From: Anolis carolinensis
Taxonomy: Eukaryota
Length of the DNA stretch: 64,000 bases
Assembly: GCF_035594765.1 (NCBI RefSeq)
Contig: NC_085845.1
Location: forward strand, 193,022,897-193,086,896
Reading direction: 5' to 3'
Position 1 is the first letter of the stretch. The number at the start of each line of letters is the position of its first letter. The translations under genes were made by a program, and so were the position numbers. The notes below the pieces were generated by a model. It saw nothing but the letters and a program-made list of their open reading frames with translations, was not told the origin of the DNA and made no database searches. Shown here piece by piece: positions 1-12,640 of the stretch.

Positions 1-130
1 ATGAGAGAAGCAAGGATGGTAAAAACATCAAAACATCTGGGCGTACCCTGGGTAATATCCTTGCAAACAGCCAGTTCTCTCACACCAGAAGCAACTTGCA
101 GTTTCTCAAGTCCCTCCTGACATGAGAAAA
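1..130 (+). mobile_element. 3' part of tRNA-derived SINE (same family as 4431-4695)
   Basis: Aligns by eye with 4569-4695 (caaggatggtaaaacatcaaaacatc...tcctgaca + A tail). Confidence 0.85.
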
Positions 131-744
131 AGAGAGAATGGAGGAAATATAACACCAGAAAAGAGGTGAAAACAAAAAAGAGATAAAATGTGAACACAGT
201 AATTTGTAAGTGTCAATGGGATGTTTAAAAAGATGCTGTTATTTAAATAGAAATAGGGAAGACTCTGGTGAGTGCTCTCTATGCTTACATACTCAGCCTT
301 TACCAATCCAGGTATTGCAGACTAATGGCTGTTTTCAGGTCTCATTTGTTATAGTTCTTAATGTTTAAATTGGACTTGGACTGGCCATCCCTTCAAAGAG
401 AGAATGCCTTCAAAGAGAGGGTGTCCTTTGCAAAGAAAAATACGTGTGATTCCCAACCAGCAAGCATAGTATGCATCTAAAATATGTCAGAAAGACTAGG
501 GTTAGAGGGTGATGGTGTAAGGTATGGGATACAAGAAACAGGTAATTTAATAGGAAGATATTTGAAGAGCATGAGAACATAAATGCCAAAGAATCGAGAA
601 GGTGAAAAGCCATTAGTTAGCCTAAATCCAACTGTTACTCTCAACTAGAAAAGATCCATTACATTAATGAGAGTTCCATTGATTCTAGTTGGGGATTACT
701 TGAGCTTCTAATTGGACTTGGTGATTTAGATGAGATTAACAATT

Positions 745-1065
745 GGTGGCACAGTGCGTTAAAGTGCTGAGCTGCTGAACTTGCAGACCAAAAGGTGCCA
801 GGTTCAAATCCCCGGAGTGGAATAAGCGCCCTCTGTTAGCCCCAGCTTCTGCCAACCTAGGAGTTCGAAAGCATGCAAATGTGAGTAGATCAATAGGTAC
901 CGCTCAGGCGGGAAGGTAATGGTGCTCCATGCAGTCATGCCGGCCACATGACCTTGGAGGTGTCTATGGAAAATGCCGGCTCTTCGGCTTAGAAATGGAG
1001 CTGAGCACCAACCCCCAGAGTCGGTCATGACTGGACTTAACGTCAGGGGAAAACCTTTACCTTTA
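745..1065 (+). mobile_element. Sauria SINE
   Basis: tRNA-like head (B box GGTTCAAATCC), Bov-B-like tail ending ACCTTTACCTTT; TSD TAACAATTGG at 737-746 and 1068-1077. Confidence 0.95.
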
Positions 1066-2881
1066 ACTAACAATTGGATATAGACTATAATCTTTTAAAT
1101 GTATTTTACCATACTTCACAAACTAACTTTTGGTTCTCTGTTGGTATCAACCATTTATGAGCATGGAAGGGGAATGTATTCACTATCTTGGCTATAACAA
1201 TTTGTGTTTATTTGTTGTTAACAGCCTTGAGTTTCTATATCAGGAGTGAGAGGCAGGATAAAAATAAAGTAAATAAATAAAAACATGCAAAGAGTTTTCT
1301 TGTAGTGAGCACATTTGTCGCTAAAGAAACAGAATTCCTCCTTGGGTTTGCTAAATGCAAGGTAAGTAGCAGTCAGATAAAAATGGGAATGGGGAACTAA
1401 TTTATAGGAGTGTTTTGGAAAATAAATGAGCTTGTAGATTTAATTCAAGCCCAGTCAAGCAGGGGGTGTTTGCATGAGAGATGTGACCGATAGGGCTCAG
1501 CTTCCACGAAATATCAACAATGGTGGCATCCCGCTGTTTCCAAATTTGTGCTGACGGATGCCCATTGTGTTCAACATGACATTCTTCTGCTGGAATGTTC
1601 CCTGGGGCTACAGCCACCGTTGTACTTCGTTGGGCTCCTCTTACTACTATATTTTTTAAGTTTGGCAGGAGTAAGATTGGTTACGTCTTGTTACACATAG
1701 GCTGGAAGGACATTATGAGCAGGGATACCTTGCTCATTTCCAATATTGAAATGTTTGCCCCGAGTAGCACATCAAATGCCAGTTGGTGCTGGTCCAGATG
1801 CCAGAACACTTCTACAGCTATTCCTGTCTTGACTTTGACTTTGAAGCTGAGCGTTGAAAGTTGCTGTGCTTTTTTTTAGCTGAGAGAAATATCTGAAATA
1901 TGCCAACATCTCCAGCATGCTCAAATGTCAAAAGTAACATTTTAAATGCAAAATTCACATTGGCATCTTGATTATGGAACATGCACCACAAAACATGAAA
2001 TTTGGGTGCTTTGGATTTGTTTGGCAGTTCCCGATTGTTTTGTCAGTCATTAAACATGAAGTCTCATAAACAACCAGCTATCATATCCTAAATACCGATT
2101 CATTTCATCCATCAAATGTTGTCACAGTCAAAATACTATTCTGGTGACTTCTCAAATACTAATACTATTGCATGTTGGCTAAAGTGATCTTGTGTGCCAA
2201 CCATGAAACATAGAATTGAATATTCAACAACTAAATTTATACATCCCCTTTCTTTCCCTCTTGGTGGTAAAAATAGTTTCAAAAAGCAAATGATATGCTT
2301 CATGATGTATCTCAGATATTGAGTGTCATCAAAGGTCAAATACTTTCAGGTAGGAACTGTCTGCATATCAAATATGAATATTACTGAATGCCAAATCCTG
2401 CAGACACAAAATAAAGGGTATCTAGATATACTTCATAAGGTATCCCATAGTTCTTTGGATATAAATGGAAAATAGAATTTTCTTCCCTGGCTACTATATT
2501 TAACTGTCTTTCTGTAGAAATAAAAGAGGTATTAAACATTACTAAAGACAATGTGTAGGTCAAATGAAGCCTCTGGATTTTCCAAACACAATTAATTTAA
2601 CTTCTTCCTCTGCTTATGCGTGTTTCAATCTGGTGTGTCCCATGCTGAAGTTTCCCCTGGCTGTCAGTAAAGCTGACAGCTCCACGTTCTGGCTGCTGAC
2701 CTCAAAAATACTATACAGTACATTCACAGGCTAGCTTCAAATAAAGTTGCCTGTCACTTTGAGCTGGGGAAAAATGGGGGGGAAATTATTTTTTAAATTA
2801 CAGCTCCCATATTCCCAACTCCCAACATGGCTACTTGCTATTGTGGCTGGACGATTTAGGGAGTTGTATTTGAAAAAGAGA

Positions 2882-3101
2882 GAGCCAATGTGGGGTAGTG
2901 GTTTCCGCATTGGACTATGACTCTGGAGACCAAGGTTTGAAACTCCATTGGGAGACCTTGGATAAGTCTCCTACTCTCAGCCTCAGAAAAATATGAAGGC
3001 AAACCCCAGCTGGTCACGTCTTGCTAAGAAAACCCCATGGTCATTTCACCTTAGGGTCACCACAAGTCAAGAAATGACTTGAAGGCACACAATGACAACA
3101 A
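2882..3101 (+). mobile_element. Old tRNA/CORE(MIR)-like SINE with RTE-type tail
   Basis: A-box-like gtagtggtt, CORE-like accttggataagtc, tail gggtcaccacaagtc...gacttgaaggcacaca(caa)n; related copies at ~10315-10503 and ~25185-25355. Confidence 0.65.
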
Positions 3102-4430
3102 GAAAAAGAAGTTACAAAACTTAACTATGTATTTCCACATTCTGGCCCTGGCAGAGAGCATCGACCCCCCTATTTCAGTGTGCTTTTTCAAGGTTGTGCA
3201 TATTGAGCATCTGTCCATGCCCATTCATTTTTTTCCAACTGTGGGAAATGCACCTCATCTTCTTCTAAGCAATCTTTTGGCAACTTCTGCCAATATTCAA
3301 AACGATTGCAACATAATTCACTTTGATTTTCATTTGCTGAGGCTTGGGTGTTAAAGAACATTGATTTGAAAATAAATTGCACAGAGGTTTGTTTAAGGTA
3401 TCTGCTGTTGGGAGGCTAGTTAGATGAGATTATACTCACTAGAAATGTATTCACTGACCCACCATTCTTCCATCTACCTTCCTTCCATTCTTCCTTTCTT
3501 CCTTCCCCCTAACAATATGCATGCAAAACAAAAAAATGTGAATGATTGATGTGTTCATACAAAATAATAATTAACAAATTATTATGTGCCAGAGTGACTG
3601 ACAGCAAAGACATACTTTTAGTTTCCATGTCTTTTTTTAAAAAAAATAGCACATGAAAGTTGCTTTTACCATTTGTTTCTTTTTTCATAAAAGAAATAAA
3701 TATCATGGGTAAACTGGATAACTGGGGAATAGTTGCTTGCAGTAATGTAGTGCTGGATGGATATTTTTTGTTCACTAGATGGCTCAATCATTCAATTTCA
3801 CGTGGAGGTTGAGAGCAGGTTAGTTTTAGGTATCCAGTAGACTTCAAACTGCAATCGTCTGGCTCATCACATTGTATTTTGCTGTTTGAGTAATCTCATA
3901 ACTTGTTATAGAAACTGCTGTTATCTTTAAATGATCCAGATTAATGTCTCCTCCACTGATTTTTCACTTTGTCTCCAGCTTTTTTGGGCTGGTTTGCATG
4001 TATGCATATACTAGCCTGTCTGCCTGCCTCAATGCAACAGTGATCCACCTGCTGCTAAAGTCACTTGCTGTCACTAGTAATTTTTGGTGCCCCTTCTACT
4101 TATCTCCTCAACTTGTGACTTGGTTTCACCTCTCTCCATCCTTGCTGGCTCAGATTCCTTGCCATCGTTGTCATCATTGACTCCTTGCTCCATCACTTCC
4201 CGGCTAACACTGACTACCTGTAATAGATGCTGCTCTCCATAAAACTGGACACACTCAAATTCATATATTTAAGGCTGGATGGGAAATATGTGTTAACTCA
4301 TAGCCCTCCTAGTCACCATAGCCAGTATTGGTGTCCAGTAACATCTGGAAGGCAATACAATCCCCATTCTTCCTTCCTTGGAGCTAGGCATAATGATTGG
4401 GATGCCCTTAAACATTGCTGCCTAGCATTT

Positions 4431-4695
4431 GGAGCCTCCAGTGGCCTAGGGGATAAAAGCCTTGTGACTTGAAGGTTGGGTTGCTGACCTGAAGGCTGCC
4501 AGGTTCGAATCCCAACCGGGGAGAGCGCGGATGAGCTCCCTCTATCAGCTCCAGCTCCATGCGGGGACATGAGAGAAGCCTCCCACAAGGATGGTAAAAC
4601 ATCAAAACATCCGGGCGTCCCCTGGGCAATGTCCTTGCAGACGGCCAATTCTCTCACTCCAGAAGCAACTCCGGTTGCTCCTGACACGAAAAAAA
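4431..4695 (+). mobile_element. tRNA-derived SINE, second squamate family, with A tail
   Basis: B box GGTTCGAATCC, CpG-rich body, ends ctgacacg(A)n; TSD AGCATTT at 4424-4430 and 4695-4701. Confidence 0.88.
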
Positions 4696-5084
4696 GCATT
4701 TATAAAAAGAAGAGCAGCAGCAGTTGTGCTCCTGCATGCTTATGTCTGAAATGGTTGCTTCAATGGACCAAATACAGTGTCAAGTGATTATCTGATATGT
4801 AGAATGAACCATTGCAATTACTGTGTATCAGTGATGTATGTAATAATTGTTTTGTGTACCTGAAAGTAAAGGTAGCCCCAAACCCCTTTTTCTTACACCC
4901 CCAAACTCTTCCTACTTACAACTTTGGACTTATATGTCTCCTCTTTAGTGTTCTCTAAACTCCAAGTTGAGTGTTCTAACTTTCTGCAGTGTGAGGCCCT
5001 CCTACTTAAATGTCTTCCATGATTTTTTTCTGATCATTTGTTAAACTATCCAAACAAGTCACCATGACTGAATCGAAGCATGGT

Positions 5085-5205
5085 CCACTAGGGTCATCAA
5101 ACCCAGCCCTCCTGTTATGCAGGAGTACATTCAAAGAACTTTCAATAGATGGCCATTCAACCTCTATTTCAAGACCTCCAAAGGGGAGTCCGCCACCCTC
5201 AGTAG
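5085..5205 (-). mobile_element. CR1 LINE 3' fragment
   Basis: agatggccattcaacctctatttcaagacctccaaagggg resembles the antisense CR1 3' end; similar to 32380-32645. Confidence 0.45.
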
Positions 5206-5221
5206 TGCTCTATTTAAGTTT

Positions 5222-5435
5222 GGTAAAGGTAAGGGTTTTCCCCTGACATTAAGTCCAGTCGTGTCCGACTCTGGGGATTGGCGCTCATCTCCATTTCTAA
5301 GCCGAAGAGCCAGCGTTGTCCAAAGACACCTCCAAGGTCATGTGTCTGACATGACTGCACAGAGCGCCATTACCTTCCCTCTGGAGTGGTACCTATTGAT
5401 CTACTTACATTTGTATGTTTTTGAACTGCTAGGTT
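5222..5435 (-). mobile_element. Sauria SINE 3' half (left arm of inverted pair)
   Basis: Starts ggtaaaggtaagggttttcccctgac, the reverse complement of the tail; stops at aactgctaggtt. Confidence 0.93.
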
Positions 5436-5463
5436 CGAAAACATACAAACATACAACTGCTAG

Positions 5464-5664
5464 GTTTGAAAACATGCAAATGTGAGTAGATCAATAGGTA
5501 CTGCTCTGGTGGGAAGGTAACGGCACTCCATGCAGTCATGCTGACCTCATGATCTAGGAGGTGTCTAAGGACAACGCCAGCTCTTTGGCTTAGAAATGGA
5601 GATGAGCACCAACTCCCAAAGTCGGACACGACTGGACCTAATGTCAGGGGAAAACCTTTACCTT
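5464..5664 (+). mobile_element. Sauria SINE 3' half (right arm of inverted pair)
   Basis: gtttgaaaacatgcaaatgtgagtag...gtcggacacgactgg...aaaacctttacctt. Confidence 0.93.
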
Positions 5665-8600
5665 ATTCTAGTCCAGCTGCATTGGATACCACTGAGTTCT
5701 AAAACTATGAAAGAGGAAGAAAACTTTATTTCTTCCCACATGTCTGTATAAGGACAATCATGGATATAATGTTGACACACAAAAAAGAATGTGCTTCGGC
5801 TAGATGCGGTGTGGAATTTGGAAACCATTTCCCACCATGATCTGAAATCTGGCAGATTCCTTCTAGTTGTGTCTCAAAAGACTGGCCAAGAAATTAACTT
5901 CTCTTATATGAGGAAGTGGAGAAAAAGGGTACAGTACAGCTTTTTAAAAAGAAAAGAAAAGAAAGAATGACACTTACTTTAAACCATCTTGTTATATCCT
6001 GTGGACTTGGAACTGTCAAAAAGGCAAAGCCTGTATTTGAATAAAAATGCCTTCTATTTCTGTTGGGATGGGTTTTTTTTTTTTGCTCCGAAGTGTACCA
6101 ACTGTAATTATCCATAACTATGCAGGGCCGTTTTTAATGCTGTTTTATAATTACAGGTCTTAATGCTAGATTATACAAAGTCATTTATAAATAGTCAGAA
6201 GAGAAGGACTTTGGGAGTTGCGAACCTGTGGATTGCTGTAAGGTTGTGGCAGCTGATGGGATTTCAGCTGTATATACATATAGATGTGGTGTTAGCTGCC
6301 TAATGATTGATGAATCCCTTAATTAATTCTCCAACAAGTTCCGATTTATAGCCCCATATCTTTTTCTCCTGACACATCAGTGTTCGTCACTTTAAAAGAC
6401 ATGGATAAGTCCCGTCCCTCCCCCCGGGCCCCCTTTGCAAGTGTCTTTGTGGATTTCTTGAAATATTTCCGGAGCATTTTGCTGAATGTAACAAGATTAG
6501 AGTTTCATAATTTTATGGTCTAAGCAGTTGAGTTGGGATTGAAGTTGACTGTGTGTGAGATGACAAGCCTTTTCTGAATATGGGGCATTCGGTTTGAGGG
6601 GGGAAATCACAGTTCAGTCATCCAGAAGTGAAGGAGCAAAGACAAAGTAGAGAGTTATCAAGTAGATTTTTTTTGTATAAGGAGCACAGGGATTTCACAG
6701 TTTCACTAAACTTGCTGTTTCTTTAAACTCAGTCGGACTTACATCTGAGGAGACATGCATGGGATTGAGCTGCTAGTTGTGCTTTGATTTTGTGGCATTT
6801 AATTAACAGAGAGAGAGAGAGAGATGGCATACAATATAAAATGTATTTGGTTTCATCATTTTATATCAACATTTGTGGAAGTACAATCCTGATGAATACC
6901 TACGTTTTTATCTTTGCACATAATGGTTTTGATCTTTGCATGTAGTTTCAGAATAGAATTAGAAAAGAGCATTGTTAAATGTCCATAGTTGACAAAAGCA
7001 TACCAATAGGATTGAAAAGAGTGGGCAGCATTTTATCAGATTGTTCATCCGGTATGAAGTTTTTCACCCGGTTTTTGAGCTCCTCCATCTCTATAGTTCT
7101 GAAAACTTTCACTGAAGTTCTCAAACACAGTTGGTGGTGGGATACAAGAGAGGATCTTCTTAAGGGCTGCCCCATGGCACTGGACCTACCTTTCCAGGGA
7201 GGCCAGAATAACCCCTTACTTGTTATCCTCCCATCGGCAAGCTTATGAAACATAAAGCTTTTTTTAAGAAAAGTGCTTTGTGTCTTACTGTTTTGAACTG
7301 TTTTTAAATAGCTTTTTAGTCTTCATCATTGTATTCTATTATTCATGAGGCACTAGAGGGTTGGAAATTAGGCTCCCAATAATAACAGATCCTGATCCTG
7401 TGTGAGTAGAAGTCCAGAGGTAGATGCCATTTTTATTCATCATTGCAAAACATGCCCATGAAAACTGTTGGAGGCATTTGCTTTGGAATCCCAGAATGAG
7501 GTGTTGTGCTCTTGTTAGTAGGATTAGTTACCCTCTGGTAGCTTACAATTTGTATTCTGGGAGTTTGGATTCTTAATGTATTTTAGAATGGGTATTTTTA
7601 TGCTGCCCTTCAGCAGACTCCCAAGGCACCTTAAAAATTATAAGGCTTAATAAAGTACGGAACGAGACCTAATAAAATGTACCTCTGAACGGTGCATTCT
7701 CCTTCCCATGACAAATTAGCTGAGGTTTTTTTTTAGTTGAACCAGCATTGTTCATTCTGCCTGGACCTTAATTTTTAGTTAGCTGTATAATTCACTTGCA
7801 CCACAGGTTTTGAAGCCTGTTCCATCGAATTCTTGTTTGTGTACAATTTTTTAAAACAGTTTTGATGGTTTGGTGTGAAACGATCAAAAAGGCAAATTGT
7901 TTGATTCTGCTAAGCTGTGCATATGGGACTAGTGATGATTTGGTGAGAGAATAAAGCCAGACATCCAATACCAGTTTTAATTTCCCCTCCATTAAAATGA
8001 TCGGTTGATTATTTCATGAAATGTAAATACATTTGCATTTTTACCAACCCATATCCTAAATGTGACAAAGCATGAACTAATTTGCAAAGTGTGAAACAAA
8101 AACTATTTTTCTTTGTTATAAGGAAAGCTTGTCTTTCAGTTGCTAATATATGAAGGCACCAAAATGACCAAGATTGCTAAACTCAGTTTAATCCATTTCA
8201 TCTACTGGAATTTACCCTCATCAATCAAAAGTGGCTTCCACTTTTGTAATAATCTATTGAAACAGTTGAAAAACGTACAGCCCAGATTTTAAAAAGTAAA
8301 ACTTCAACAACTAGTCAGATTGCAAAAATGAATGTAGTGCGGGAACACCTTTGCCTCTTTGTGTAAGCATGAATTGTGTTGTGGTATGGTTTTGTGCCAG
8401 TGCATTTGTATTGGGAGAACTGGGTGCCAATTTTCTTTACTTTCTTGCTTTTTGAGCTATAATGTCAATGTAAATGCTTCGTTGAGAAGCACAGTATGTA
8501 TTCCATTTTGTTAAGAGGTTTCATATTTAACCATGGGTCAGCAGACTTTCGCCTACTCAGCCATACTATCTCATTTGCTTTTGAGAAACATGAGAGCACA

Positions 8601-9549
8601 GAGTTACTTTCAATGGCAGTCATAATAAGTAAATACTTTGGCTCATAGTGAAACTATGATTGTAACTACTTACTTTTAAATGTCCCTCCACTCTGGATTT
8701 TAGTTTAAGACACTAAATCCAATTCCTAAAATATGTTTAACACCTTGGATAGTTCCTTTACAGTTTGACCTAAAACCTGGAATGGGTTTACTACCCTACT
8801 AGCATGGAAGCCATTCAATGCCACTGATGCAAACAGAGATTTGGTTATAATGATCTGGGTAATGCTGAGCCAAAGGCATGGAGAACATGTGGATCACTGC
8901 ATTGTCTACACTTGAGGTGTCCTGACAGAATGTGTGACAATGACCACTTTGCACTGATATGATACTACCGACATTTGGTGACACCTGATATAAACTAACC
9001 AATAAATTTATTTCTACTTGTAAAACAAGGTGTTGTTTTTTAAACTTTGTATTGAAATTGGCAAGATTGAAATGGATGTACCTATGTGCACAAAAAGGCA
9101 GCTGATGCTGGTACTAACTTTTAGCATCACAAAAGTTTAATCTTTGCAACACATCTTGTTCTCTCATGACAAAACTAGGCTTTTTGCTGGCTTCTCTCCA
9201 TTTCTTAAGCTGGATGGGGGAGAGCAAAAAGGAGCAAGTCAACAGCCATGTATTTCAGACAGATGTTCTGTCTTTTGCAAGCTCCTCTAAAGTGCGAAAA
9301 GAAAGAACCTCCTATTCCCTTCCACCCAGTGTATAAAATAAAATGAAATAAAATGGAATTGCATTTCATTATGTCGTGCTCTTAGGTAATTTCTCCCCCT
9401 CATGAATGTGTTTAAGAAACCAGCATACAAGGGAGAGCTATATTAGTGTATTATTCTCACAACAAACAGGCACTGTTCTGTTGCTACCTGCTTGGCCATT
9501 GTTCCCGATTGTGTATGCTTTGCAGTGGTATTTGGATGGTTTCCTGCTC

Positions 9550-9777
9550 NNNNNNNNNNNNNNNNNNNNNNNNNNNNNNNNNNNNNNNNNNNNNNNNNNN
9601 NNNNNNNNNNNNNNNNNNNNNNNNNNNNNNNNNNNNNNNNNNNNNNNNNNNNNNNNNNNNNNNNNNNNNNNNNNNNNNNNNNNNNNNNNNNNNNNNNNNN
9701 NNNNNNNNNNNNNNNNNNNNNNNNNNNNNNNNNNNNNNNNNNNNNNNNNNNNNNNNNNNNNNNNNNNNNNNNNNNNN
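9550..9777. other. Assembly gap (228 N) covering the acceptor and 5' half of a SOX5 exon
   Basis: Run of N; the coding frame emerges from its right edge. Confidence 0.99.
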
Positions 9778-10012
<235 letters not shown>

Positions 10013-10314
10013 TAATGGGAAAACTTTGACCTAACTAGTTCATTTTCCTCCTCTTGCCCCTTACTCCGGCAGGGGGTCCTTCTAGCAGTGATCACAGCAC
10101 AACCTTAACAGGCCTCCAGTTATCAACAACTTAAGAGCTAAGTTTATTCAATTGTAAAGTGAATGAATATATCTTCATATCAGTCAATCAATAAAATAGT
10201 ATAAAATGGAAATAAATTCCGCCTCCCCCCCCTTTTCAGAGCAAACGTGGGAACAGATAGACCTGAACTCAGTATTTATTAGCAGTTTACAGGTGTGAGT
10301 TGCCTTCAAGTATG

Positions 10315-10503
10315 CAGGTGGGGTGGTTTAAGTGTTGGACTAGGATTCTGAAGGCAAGAGTTTGAATCCCTGTTCAACCATGAGCTCTCACATAAGTCAC
10401 ACTCTTTCAGCCTCAGAGCTTCCCCTGAATAAACCTTGCAAAGAAAACCTTATTATAGGTTGGTCATATGCTGTGGCTGATTTGAAGGCACAAGCAACAA
10501 CAA
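10315..10503 (+). mobile_element. Old tRNA/CORE-like SINE with RTE-type tail
   Basis: Similar to 2882-3101 (ttggactaggattctg...tttgaatccc...cagcctcag...ttgaaggcacaagcaacaacaa). Confidence 0.6.
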
Positions 10504-10804
10504 TGCAGAAGCAAAATTAGATCTTGAAAAAAAAAATCAGTCACTTCCACAATTCTTCAGCCAGTGGGGATACCGAGAGATTCTGGGAATCATTATCCAA
10601 ATATATATTTTTTTCAAAGTTCTGTGAAAGGCTTATGCAGGCCTGTTTCATGCCAATCTCCACAAACCAACGGCAAATTCATTCTGAGGGCAGATTTCAA
10701 CCAAATCCAAACCCAAAGGAGGAGGCATCAGAATATTGTGGGTGTCCCCAAAAAATTAAAATCAGAAGCAAAAAAAAGAAGTAGCTTCTACTAACATGCA
10801 ACTA

Positions 10805-11130
10805 GGAGCCCCAGTGGCGAAGTGTGTTAAAGCGCTGAGCTGCTGAACTTGCAGACCGAAAGGTCCCAGGTTCAAATCCTGGAGCGGAGTGAGCGCCCAC
10901 TGTTGCTCCAGCTTCTGCCAACCTAGCAGTTCAAAAACATGCAAATGTGAGTAGATCAATAGGTACCACTCTGGCGGGAAGGTAACGGCGCTCCATGCAG
11001 TCATGCCGGCCACATGACCTTGGAGGTGTCTACGGACAACTCCGGCTATTCGGCTTAGAAATGGAGATGAGCACCAACCCCCACAGTCAGACATGACTGG
11101 ACTTAACGTCAGGGGAAACCTTTACCTTTA
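10805..11130 (+). mobile_element. Sauria SINE, full length
   Basis: ggagccccagtggcg head to aaacctttaccttta tail. Confidence 0.96.
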
Positions 11131-12169
11131 CTTAAACATTGTGATATGTGAATTCCCAGATAGCCACCTAGTGTTAAAAACATACTTGGAAGGGCCGGTT
11201 CAAAGGTTGGCCATTTTACCTCTTGCCAATTTTAAATAGAGGTGTGATACTTGGATAAAAGTTGAGAATCCTTTCTCAATGTCATCTTTTTCTAAATCAG
11301 TTGCCTCAAACACAGCTGTTGGTTCTATGGAGTAGGAGGGTATATACAGATATCTTTATCATCAGGCCTCTTCTGTTTTCCCCCAAGGCTCATACTTGAA
11401 GGAGAATAGAGATGGTGATGATTTGAAAAGTAAAGAGAACATTTTAAAAAATAACTCATAGTAGAATATTGGGGTCTGTGACACTTTTTAAAAAGGCCCC
11501 TCTGTCCCACCAACCAAGAAACACTGTGGCTCTCAGACTTGTGTTTTAAAAATTCTCATACAGGTCTGGTAAAAATATATATAACCAGCAACATATTGAA
11601 ACCTTTTTTATATGTTACATGAGGCTTCCCCCTGTTTTCTGTATAAAAAGCAAAAGGTTAAACATGCTGTTCCACTTCAGAAAGAATACAGAGTGTAGAT
11701 AATCTTCTTTCTTGGGTGAAGTACCTTTTGAGAAGAATTACCTGCCAGGTGGCTAAGAATGTATGTGAGAGAGAAGATTTGTGTGAATTTATCTCATAAG
11801 GAAGGAGGGTACATAAACGTGAAGTGAATAAAAGAAAAATATATAGATGCAATATCTTAAATTTTACGTTGTTCATTTTGGATCTTGAACACTGAAAAAT
11901 GCTACAGGTCCCTCCTTTCCCCTATATTGACACCAGGGCATTAAAGAGAAAGTGTATATTTTAAACATGAAAATAAGAATCTAGGTATAAAAGCATTTAT
12001 TTTATTATATTTATTGAAATACAGTAAAACAGCTATATCCACTGAACCAGTACCCAAGGTTTCACCTACCCATGTCTGACAAAATGTGTCATCTCTAGAA
12101 ATTTTCTAGCTCCCACAACAAGTCTATGGTATGATTCTGCCAAAAGTTACCATCAAATAGGATATGCAA

Positions 12170-12640
12170 CCCTTATTTATATGCATGTTGCACTGTCATT
12201 ATAACCACCTAATATCCAAAGATTTCAGGCAACGTAAAATAAAACAACACAATCAACTAAGTGCAATGTAAATAGTAAAGAGTTTTTACAAGGCTAAAAG
12301 TATTATACACTTTAAGAAGTTTTATCTTGTTGCAGAAATAACAGAAGCATGGTACCAATTGGGCCTCCAAAGGGAGGGCATTCCATAATTGGGGTGCCAC
12401 AGCAAAGAAGACCATCACCCATGTCAATCAACAGCATATTCCTTAACTGATGGTACACAGAGGTGGGTCCTTCCATCAGATCTTAAACTGCAGACAGGCA
12501 TCTTTAAGAGAGAGGTCCTTCTTCTTCAAGTATTGAGGGCTTGAGCTATTTATCACTTTAAATACTGTTGCCAGCAACAAGAATTCAGACTGGAATCTCA
12601 CTGGAAAGCAGTGTAGTTTTTCTGGGTAGAGTGGCAAAAG
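12170..12640 (-). mobile_element. L2 LINE 3' fragment
   Basis: gggagggcattccataattggggtgccacagcaaagaagacc...agatcttaa is typical of antisense squamate L2; similar to 16431-17000. Confidence 0.6.

Noticed and set aside
4431-4520. tRNA genes at A/B-box motifs
   Set aside because: All are SINE heads continuing into SINE bodies; no complete cloverleaf.
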